From IMG/VR virus record IMGVR_UViG_3300044633_000521: DNA of 64,000 bases. One strand, given 5' to 3'. This DNA is from a virus. Below the pieces are notes generated by a model that made no database searches, was not told the origin of the DNA, and was given only the letters and a program-made list of their open reading frames with translations. The position numbers and the translations under genes were made by a program. Below, piece after piece: positions 18,988-30,900 of the stretch (position 1 is the first letter of the stretch; every line of letters starts with the position of its first letter).

Positions 18988-21900
18988 CTATTCCTCAATA
19001 ATTATATTATCGTCTTCAGTGGTTATTATATTTACCGCATCTTCAGTCACTATACCCACATTGTAGGTTGCTGGTGCTCCTTTTAAGAACAATACCTGTT
19101 CCGAGCTACTATCAATTTCAAATGACCCTGCTGTAACGTTTGAGGCCACTAAGCTCCAAACATTTGCTATCACCAATTCAACATTAGAACTAACATTAAC
19201 ATTACCAGCAATACTTACTTCGCCTGACAGGCTAGCAAACAACGGATAAACATTTGATTGCTGACCATTTACATATATTCCAGACAGCAAGTAGTCTACA
19301 GGATTTGCAGTTTCTATTATAGGTTTAACATTAGCGTCAACGCCGTTGATTAAAATATTGCCGCCAGCTAAATCAAAACTGTACAAACTACCGAGTACCA
19401 CAACAACATTTGGGTCTGAGGTAACATTTGCTTGAACAATAACATTAGCATTGCTACCAATTTGTGTTATATAGCTGCCCACCGGAGCTGTGATGTCGCC
19501 GTCCATTTGTACTACAACATTACTGTAGGCAAATGTATTTGCGGTATTATAGATATACGATACTATTGTTACATTTCTATCTGTCGCAATATGTGGAACA
19601 ATCCCTACATTAGACCATACGTTTCCAGAGTACGTAGAATCTATTAATTCTACACCGTTGATTGCTAGGTTGCCAGTAATAGTTTCAAAAGATCCAGTTA
19701 AGTATTCTATACTAACAGATGTTACTGAATTAGCATCAGCTGTTACAATTACATTAGTACCAGTCGTTGCCTGTGTGATATAATCACCAACATTAGCAGT
19801 AATCACTTTATTTAATACTATCGTTTCCTCTAACACCGGATCAGCTGCTGAAACTGTAATATTAGCGCCTGATGTTGCTTGTGTAAGAATATCTCCCACT
19901 TTAGGTGTTACGTTACCACTGAGTCTCAATTGATATGATGGTGTATCTGTTACATGATAAACGTTTTCTATAGCCAGTACACTAGTACTAGCCGTAATGT
20001 TACCACCAACTACAGTTTGTCCTATTAGTATATTAGCAACGTTGCTCGACGTAGCAGTAGTGATACTAACTACATTGCTATTAGCGATGATACTTGCGTT
20101 AGCTACAATATATCCGCCAATTGTCAATGATGTAGTTTCTGTTGCTAGAGCAACATTACTTAGAATTAGCGCAACATCTGACCCTACTCCGATACTAGTC
20201 GAAGGGGCAGCATTTGGAATCAACTGCCTATCACTGGCATCAACTACTAGTGTGCCTGCTGGGTGTACAATCGGCATACCAGTACCTTGCGTACCTCGAC
20301 GAATTTGTCCTAAGGTGTTAGTTACCAAGTCAATTGTCCAATACGTTATACGCTCGCCGTCGATAAAGATCACTCCAGGTATCCCCGCTAATGTATCGGG
20401 GGTACTTAATTTAGCAGCATCAACTACTAAAATCTCTGTGTCTGTAATTGCCAACTCCGTAGCCAACACTGTTGAATATGCGTCAGCAATACGCAAGAAG
20501 CTAGTTTCGTTGATAATACTATTAAACAATGGATAGCTACGATTAAAAATTCTATAACCTAAGATGTCAACATTGCCGTTAATTTTAGTATACACTTGTA
20601 TATCTAAGGTTTCTAGCAATACTCCAGGAATTAATTCTTCCGGAGCATGACTTGAATATGTGTCAACATACGCACCACCATCTACATTAATATCTTCTGG
20701 GCGTAGGCCGATATTAGCATCTAAATATGAGCTAGTTATTTGAGTATCAATCCCCGCTGTGCTTACAATAGGGTTACCGTCTTCGTCATAATCAACTTGA
20801 TCAAACGCACCTGTGTCAAACGGATTAGCATCAGCATAACTAGAATACGCAGAATCTGTGGTATTAACAAATTCTACGTCAGTAATAAGCACGCCTACTA
20901 CTGCTCCATTAATATTAATATTACCTGCGGTAGTGTCAAACTTAGCAGTACTGTTAAGTATACCTATAACGCTGATTACTGAGTCGCCACCGCTGGTTAC
21001 TTTAATGTTAGCATCTTCAATACTGCTAATTGACGTTGGAACAACTCCAACATTTGACCATGACCAAGGTGCTGTATTAGCTGCGCTAGCTATGTTACCC
21101 CAGGTTGATATTTCTACAGGATTACTATTAACAGCAATGTTGCTACTGTTTAAATCAAAGTCTATTAGATTATTGCGAACAATATAAACTTGATTTGATG
21201 TGCCTGATGGGTGTATATTGCTACTAAACACTGTAGCACTAGCCGTAACTGTTGCGTTGGATTGTGGACTATATGTTTGTGTGATTACATCTCCAGCAGC
21301 AAGCGCAAGAGAACTACTTAATGTTAATAGATTGTCTGGTCCAGGTTGAGTAATTATGTTACCGCTATCGGCACTAATTGGTGTATCAAATGTTAATTTA
21401 ACCAACACCTTGCCAGTGAAACCAGGTTGTTGATTAAATCCTAACCCAGTAACCTGTACTCCAGGATATTCTACACCATATAATAATTGTTTAAGATCTT
21501 TAGCCGGCATATTATTAGAAGGACTATAATAAGCCATGATACGATCATTAGCATTACTAAAGTCTGCCGGAGCATAAACTGTAAAGTCATTGCTATTAAA
21601 CACTGCCGTACCTTGTGGAAGGGAGGCGTTTACACTATACCCTACTCCGCCGTAACTTACAATCTCACCAGCCAAATATGATGTATTAGCGGTCCATTCA
21701 CGAACCGCAGTATCATACCCCACACGATCAAATTTCATTGTTGTACTGATACTACGCACTTGATTATTTTTTAATACAGCGTAGGCTCTTGCCGGTACAT
21801 CACAACTACCGTTTACAATTATTTGTGGTGTTGTGTCATATCCGTAGCCGTTTGTTAAAACAGTAATACTAGTAACTGTACCAGTATCAGCGTCAAACGT

Positions 21901-24900
21901 TGCTTCAGCTGTGGCCGCTGTAAACGCGAATTCTTGGAATGTTACTATTCCGTTTACACTATTGATATTTGCCACATCAAGAGTTACAATTAACCCAACA
22001 ATGTTAGTAACTTTGGCGCTAACACCTAAACCAGTACCTATAGCAGTGTATCCAGTCCGTATACCCACCGTATTATCAACAGTAATAGTATACTCACCTG
22101 TCTTGCCCGTAGCCTCAACACTTACTCCGTGACCACTAATAATGCTTATACTAGGTTGACTTACATAGCCACTTCCGGGATCTTCAACGATAATAGATTC
22201 AATTTGATGGTTTCTATTAGTATACCATTGGTTATATTCTTGAGTTTGCCATAATTGATGATCTTGGCCTGAACGCTCACCACTAGGACTACGGAACATT
22301 TTCATAGTTGTGTCGTAGTATGAGGGCAAATCAAAGTCAGATACGCTGCCTAAGAACTCGTCAGAACTATTATAGTTAATTAAATATTCACGTATTTTTG
22401 TAGCATACGGTTTAACTTCGTTGATATAATCTTCGTAGTACGTTTGGTTATCTTTGATATAGTTAGGAAATTGTGTTAGTCCGCGCAATTGATGAACCAC
22501 ACTCACAAAACTAGTTTTAAACATCCAATCAATATATTTTTGTTCAGTGAATACATAGTTTACTAATGTAAAAAAGAACTCATTAAATTTGCCATTTAGT
22601 TGACCAGTAAATATGCTATCTTTAAGAGCTGTAATAATATTTCGTATTTCTATACTAGGCACATCTGTAGTAACAGTTAACGTATCAATATTAAATTGTA
22701 GTGTTCCGTTCTGTATACCTACAACATTAAACACACCTGCGCTGTCAACAGCAATCAATTGCCATTGGCCGTCACTAGCATTGTTTACTTTAATAATATC
22801 GTCAGCCGCATATGGTAATTTTTTAGCATCAACTAACGTATCTGCTACATACGTGGCTTTAGTTAAACTACTATAACCAGTAGAGTACCAATCAACATAA
22901 TCCCAAAACAAACTAGTTTTATAACTTTGTGTTTGTGTCAATGTCCATGTTTTATTATCTGCTAAAGTATGTAATGTCCACAAACTTTGTAAACTAGTGT
23001 TGTTTAATACCAACACCTTATACCCAACAGTTAGTGGTTGTGTATCAATATATAACAATGCTTCTTCTGTATCAACACTTTGATCATATGCGCTCAGTTT
23101 GATATTAGGAATATCTTCCTGGGCGGTTAATAACGTTAGATCAAATTGGCGAGCAATAGGGTAATCAACAAACAAAGAATTAACCCAAGTAAGCGCAGAG
23201 GTTAGGGCAGTCACTCTATCAACAAACATAGCTTGACGGGGTCTAAAAGCAATACCGTAACGATCAGCTACACTTAAATTGGGATCTGGCACTACTGCGC
23301 CGCTGCCATCTTGGCCCGACAAACTGTCTACCAATTTCCTTATAATTTTAGTTGGAATTTCATTTGTAGGATTGTCTTTCTGTACTAATTCATATTCACT
23401 ATGAATAATGTTAGTATTTTTCTTTAAGGCATAATCGATGTGTAGGATAGTATCCGACGCTGATAGATAGTCAGCTACGTTATAAACAATCACTGCGTTA
23501 GAGGCTACAATTGCCGCGTAGGCTGTGCCATTACTTTTAGGATTTTCGATTAAGTTTTGTATAGTTGAAATTGGCAATGTTCTGATGCTGTTAGGAGCAT
23601 CCATTGTTACTTTGTCTTTAACCCAGAAATAATATTTTTGTGTGATAGTTAAACTATCAACAAAGGTTGTGCTCACATACGCACTATCATCTGCGTACAG
23701 CGGGGTGCCATCATATCCTGCAGTCACATACCGGCTTGGCAATACTGTACTTTCAACCCACTCTAACACTTCAATAGTGCTTCCTGGGAAGAAATTACCC
23801 CAGTTGATACTACGGTATGTTAGGGTGTCTTGCTCATAATCAACTAGTCTAACTTTGCCTAAATTCCACCACACTTGGCCGACTTGGTTTTGTCCCCAGT
23901 AGATGTCTGGATTTATATCAAGATCAGCATTAAATCCTTGATTATAAAGTGCCGGATCCCATGCTGTTTTATATGTAATGTCTTGTTCAGCTTGACCTAG
24001 AATCTTGCCCTTAGCAGGATCAATAAATTCTAAGTTAGTTAAAATACTATTTGTTTTTTTGTTGTAGATGTATAAACGTGTAACGCTTTCAATATCGACT
24101 TTTGGTTGTTGCCAGCGAATTAATTTCCACCCACGTGTTCTTGCTGGATTGCTAAACAAGTAAATACTGCCCGCATCACGAGCAGTAGTGTCGTCTTTAG
24201 GGGCAGTAACTAAAATGTAGTCGCCGATAATATCAATGGCTGCGCCAAACTGGTCAATAGGATTTAAATCACCCGGATCAATTTGTTGATTGTATTGATA
24301 ACGTCCCGGATGTTCAACGTCGTCACGTGGATCATCATATAGTTCATAGGTGTATACACTACCACTGCCTTTAATTTTATCGTACACACCCGTAGTGTTA
24401 CTGTCAAAATAGGTAACTTCATTATCAAATGTAGTATAACGTTTTGTGGTGCCTCGTTCGCTAGCAATCAATAGCATATAAGCATTACGAGCTAAAATAA
24501 CTTTAGTACCAAAATACTCATTGGCCGCACCGAGTGGATTAGTAATAATCTGCATGAATGCGAAAATAGCCATATCAGCATCAGCATAAACTGTACCACT
24601 TGCTGACAAAATACGCAAACGATTTTTTGCTACTGTTTTATCACTGTTTAATCTTAAGTAACCGTTTTCGTTAACTGCTGTGATACCTAATAGGTTAGCA
24701 TCATTGATATCTTGTACTAGGCTGTCTAGACTTGTTCCAGATACCGTAATCTCAAAGTTGTCTAAACGAATTTTGTCACCCGGCGTAAATGTTGGGTTCT
24801 TAGCATAGCCGGTGTTAGTACCATAAAGTGTACCGCGGTTGTGGAATTTCCAAACAGCACCAGTGTTATACGATGTATCTTTGTTATAATATGGGGCACC

Positions 24901-27900
24901 AATATAGAACGCACAATTGTTTGAGCAAATTGTCAGAGACGAGCCAAATCGTGCTCCTTGTTGTATAGCGCCTAAGGTGCCATCAAGTGAGTCAATACCA
25001 ATTAGTTTTTCTAATAGAGTAAATTTATTAGAATGAATATTAACTATTTTGCCTATACCAATCGGAATATTAAATGTAATTTGGTTGGCACCAGTCTTGG
25101 TGTAGTCTGTACCTTCATACACTTCTACATCATCAACTGTTACTTTATATACTGTTGCAATAGTTTCTTCAGTAGTGTACACAGTGTCTTCAGTACTATT
25201 GAATGCTTCAATAACACGATCGTAAGCAAATACGCTACCAGCAGCAACGTTTTCTGTATATGAAGCCAAGTTATATGTTACACCGTCAATTACATACGTT
25301 GGTGTAGCTGTACCTACTTCTACTGATTTTTGAACTTCTACAACATTGCCTGATATAGTAGTTGAGTATGTAGCGACATTTACTGTAGTGCCAGGGGCAC
25401 CAATACCCAATTGTGCTCCATTTAGACTAGAATCAATACAATAACCAAATTCACTTCCGGCCGGACCAGAGATAGTTTCGACCAACGCATAATAAGGACG
25501 TTGACTAATAGTTAGTGTAGTTCCGCTAGCAATGCTACCAGTTAAGAATGTTAATAAACTACCAGATACTGTATAATCAATATTGGGTATATATGTACGT
25601 ACATTACTAGTAACTACTAAAGCATTAGCATCTCCGTTAACTTCGGGGGTAAACGGTACTGTAATAGTTGATGTACTTGCTGGAGCAACATTAGTTCCTG
25701 ATACTTCTGTTATAAAACGTTTTAATCCGTAAACATAAGTTTTGTCGTTGCCTGGGGCGCCTACATACAACCAATGGCCGTATTCATCAAAGGCAAAACC
25801 GTAGCCAAACTGGTCACCTGCTACGCCAGCAATAACTTGTCCCCTAGTCCACTCTGTAGTGCCAACGGTTTTATTATAGGTATAGATCATACCTACATTA
25901 CCTGATCCACTATATGGAGCACTAACTGCCATAACCTCATTGTCACCGTCTACAGCATTAAGTGCTATATCAATGTGATGGCCAAATTGTAGAGTATTTG
26001 TAGCATCAGGACTAATTGTTGATGTTTGTACAAACGCATTGTTTACTGTTTTGTCAAATACTGTAACAACCCCCACACCGCCCGCTGACAGTGTGCTACC
26101 AACAGCAATAGTATTAGTGTCGTCGCTCATTTTAATTGAACGACCAAACCCATCATTAGATGCGTATTCAGTATTAGTTGCTACAGTCGAAACTGTAGTA
26201 TTATCAGCAAAATACGCACTATTAGTTACAGCTTGACCATTAATAATAGCCGTATTATAAACACCATCAACGATACTAATAACATTAGCATCGTAAATAT
26301 CATAATTGCTGATAATACCCACAGCATTACCGGTGATTAGCGTGATGTTTGAAACCACATTGCCGCCGATAGTTAATGTACTTGTGGCATTTGCTAGTGC
26401 TACATTACTAAAAGTAATGTATAAATCATTGGTTTTTTCTATGCGTTGCTCTAAATTCCAAGGACGTTGTTTTTCGTAAACTTTCCACAGATTAGTTGCT
26501 GAATATGATTGGCCTTGTGTAGCTGTAGTTTCAGCATCAACATCAATCCAAACTTTTTCACCTACTTGCCAGCCATGTGGTGGCATATATTGACGGGTGT
26601 CTTCCATAAATTGGAAGCGCAGACTGTCTAATCTAAACAATATACCACTACCGTCTAATGTTGTTAGGGCTGTGGTATCGCCAGTATACAATACCATAAT
26701 ACGTGTCAATGACATTACCTTGTATACTTGATAGAAGCCATCGATGTTTATATCAAAATTACGTAGCATAAACACATCGTTAGCCACAAACTCATGTGGG
26801 TAATCTGTTTCTAAAATAATATATCCGTCAAGACTATTTTCAACACGAATAACATGGTGATCAGTTTCTGTAATACGGTAAACATTCCAGTCTTGTTGAA
26901 AGTCTTTTGCCACCCAGATTGTATACCCGCTGCCTATTAGGTATAATCTATCTTCTAAATTTTTATAGTTAGCGAGATCAAATATAGTAGCGTCAACATC
27001 GTCGATGTTTACATACCCTGCAGTTGGAATGTCGTTGTCATAGTCACTGAAACTGTTGCGTTCTAGTGCTATGTTACCTGTGTACCCTTCAGTAGATTTA
27101 TATAAATCATTGGCAGAGAATATAGTTACGCCGTTTGAAGTGCTTGGGTCCGTAGTAAATTCTGCTAGGGCCGGATTTACGCCAAACGCACTCTCATTCA
27201 TTGAGATTTCTAAATAAGGATTTTGATCAAGTGCTCCATATTCACCAACACGAATTGCCCACTCTTCGTAGTATCGAATAGCACTGTTTAAATTATTAAA
27301 CTGCGCTTGTGTTAGGGCATCGACAGCATTGGCTGTGCCTTTTTGTTTAATATAACCTTTATAGAATTCTACCTGGGTCGTTTCATTTAGGCCAAGGTCA
27401 TCTAAATAGGCACGCGGTTTGTAACCGATTAAACCATGGCTATACTTAATTGTTTCAGAATCGTTAAAGTATCCGTACGGATCATAGTAGCTCTGTGCTT
27501 TAATTGCATTGCTTGCCCAGTTAGGTAATAGACCTTTTTTAATTTGACTATAATCTGCTGTTTTCCAGTAGGTAAAATCAAATGTTTCTGTAGCAATAAT
27601 ATTTTGTAGGGCCACAAAGTATTGATTCTTATATTGTACCAACTCGCCTTTAAGATAATCGCGGCCAGCGGCCCAACTATCAACTTTACCCGAATTATAT
27701 ATAAAACCTGGGGCACTTAAACTACCATCCCATGCGTCTGTTCTTTGTCCGATTAGTTTTAAGCGATACTGTCTATTACCTAACTCTGGTTTGTAAATAA
27801 TATCGTTGAACACTGTGGTATTGTCGAATATTAAAACATGCTCATACTGAACTAAATCGAGTTCGATGTAACCAATAATCTGGCCATTGGTTATAACTAC

Positions 27901-30900
27901 ATTAAAATTAGTAGCTGATCTGTAGACTGTATATTCTGTATTTTTAACTAGTTTAAAATTTTGATCTAATATTTTAGAGCCATGCTGTTTGTCATTGATC
28001 TCGTCAATGATTGTACCATTAGTAACTCCACTAATTATGCCGATAGCCGGACTTAATACTATAATGCTGCCAGTGTTCCACCCTTGCTGTGCCCAGAATA
28101 AGAATTCTTTGGCAGATAATCTCCAATTCTGAATTTCGCTTAAGGTACCGTTAAGTTGATCAAATTTGAACCCTTGAGCTAGTAGATTACGCTCGTAGCT
28201 AATTAAGAAATCTGCTACCTGTTGTTGACTGCGGAATTCATATCCATAAGGAATGCTAAGTTTAGTAGATTGATAGTTATTATAAACTTTGATTTGACTA
28301 GATAGAACGTTTACTGTGGTATAATTGTTATTAGCCACGCTAGGAATAATTGTAAAATAAGGATTACTTAAATTGTAACCACGTACACTATACCCGTTAC
28401 TTGTTTTTTCAACAATTACAGCACTATATGTGATTTTATCAACTGGTGTCGATTTGTGTAGATGAACTTCATAGTTTTCGTTTGGTACTATAATACTGTC
28501 ATTGGTACTACTAGGTGAGCTTTGTTCAGCTAGCACTTGTAGATATTTTTGATCACTAAAACCTGCCATCTTGTAGGCAAGATTTACATTATAATTTTTC
28601 AATAGCGGTGTAATTTTAACGCTAGGATTTATACCTAGATTAGTTAAATAATCTGCGATCCAGTTTAAGTAACCTGCGCTGCGAACCACAGTACCTGAAC
28701 TAATATCACCGTTAAAATTAATTTTATCTTGTTCGATATGGTGATTACTACCTGTCAAGTATTGGCCTAAACTGTAGTTTGTACTGTAGGTATATGTATC
28801 AATTAACAAACCAAAATATCTTGCTGGTTTAGCCACAGCCAAAGCCTGTTGAACAGCAAACGGAAAATCGCTACTCCGTCTCCATGATGTTTCTACAGGG
28901 CCGCAGTCACCCACTACCCAGTTGCCGCTAGTACGATTTGCTTGGAATCCTTTAGTTATTGCTTCGGCTGGATTTCTTAGATTACCGTACTCGTCGACTG
29001 GTATAACTTGACTTAACCCTGGGCGGGCAAAGTTTAAATCAATTCCCGCACGTGCGCCATCTACAATACGACCTGCTTCTAAGTCATCCCACAATAATTG
29101 ATTGCCGCCTGTGTAGGGGCCTGGACCATAATAATCTCCCCACCATGTTGGTTTTTCAGTAAAGCCCAGCATTTCCCACGGACGTTGATGCGGTGCGTCA
29201 GTATCGTAGAAATAACGATAGATACCTCTCCAACCACCTACTAGTGGTTCACCATCTAAGCGATCAACAAAATTGTTATAATTCCACGAAAACAAATCAC
29301 TATTTTCGTATGTGCTGTTTGTGCTGTAGTCTAACTTATTGTTGCCTACCCAATTTAAGAAACCCTTACTTAAAATTTGATTAGCTTCTGTTATCGAATA
29401 TTCATTGTTTCTAAATTTACCGGGTAGTACAGCATAGATATCACTATAAGAACCTATATCAAAAAGTTTAATATTATTATAAATTCGACTTTCTAATTCT
29501 AATAGGAATTGGTCTCGATAATCGTTGAACGCAGGTGTTAAGCTACCGTCGTGTCCACGAAGAACATTTATTGGTGTTCTATAAGTATCATCCTCAAAAA
29601 TTTCTGGTGGAAATTTAGGAAATAAACCTAACTTAGTTGGAGTTTCTGGAATATAGTTACCGTCAGTATTTGAATATTCGTAAATACCCAATACGTCATC
29701 TACTTCCAACGCAACAGTGTCAGCTATAGTAATAGCTGGTCGATCAGTATTAAATGTATAGTCACGCCCTAAGATTAACTGAGTTCCGTTTAGGTAAACT
29801 AGCACCGCTTGGTTGCTTAATTGATACGCATTAAACACATTAGTAATTTCGTATGTTTTAACTAACGGATCAAAAATAGTGTATCCGGGATCATTAATAA
29901 TAGTTTTTAGTGGACCGTACGGTACCATATCACTGTAATACCACGGGAATGTACGATTTTTAATTGCGTTGATTGTGGTTAAGATTAAGTCAACACTTGA
30001 AATTGGATCAATAGGATCGATGCCCTGTAGGGTTGTACTTAATTCTAAGAATTTATTTTTAAATTTGGTATATTCTTGTTGGGCAAGTCGAATACTGTCC
30101 ATTAGATTTGCTTGCTCATCTAAGAGGAATATACTTGCGTAAGGTACAGGGGCACTATGTTGTAAGATGTTGCCGCCTTGTGCTTTGATTTCAATGTCTC
30201 GTAAATTGCTAGTGCCCAATATGTTACCATCTAGCTCTTTACTATTTTGACTTAATTCAATTAAGTGGTTACGCATTTGTCCTAACGTAACTGTGTCTAG
30301 GTCAATATTTTGTGAGTTTAAATCTAAGTTTGTTGGGATTTGGTAATGGCCTAACTGACTAACTTCAGTACTATAAACTAAGATATCAATCTTATCATTG
30401 ATAGTTAACGTAGAATTGACCGTTACCTTTAAGGTAGAACTATCAAATACCCAGCTATTGGATTTTAAAATCCTATTATTCACATAAACTTTTAGATAAG
30501 GAATAGTAGTTTCAGCAACAGGAGCCACATCTAACTTAAATGCCGGCGAACTGCCATCATATTCAAAGGTTAAGATTTGATATTGCTTACTATATTCAGC
30601 TACTGTAGACCATACATTGGCAAACGTAATGTTATCTCTGTCAACTATTTTAGCTAAAAAACCAGTATTAACATTACCTGTGACTGTGACACCACCATTG
30701 ACGTAGGTAAATGTGTCAGTGTCGTAATAGTTTTGAAATTCAATATCTCCTTGAGTTCCAAAATTACGATAGCTTAACCCAAAACCTAATACAGTATCTG
30801 CTGTACTAGTAGAACTTCTCTTATAACCAATTACCCGTGTACCCGCAAATGTACTAGCAGTATAGTCAGCAAAACTAACTTCGTTACTATCAACAATGTC

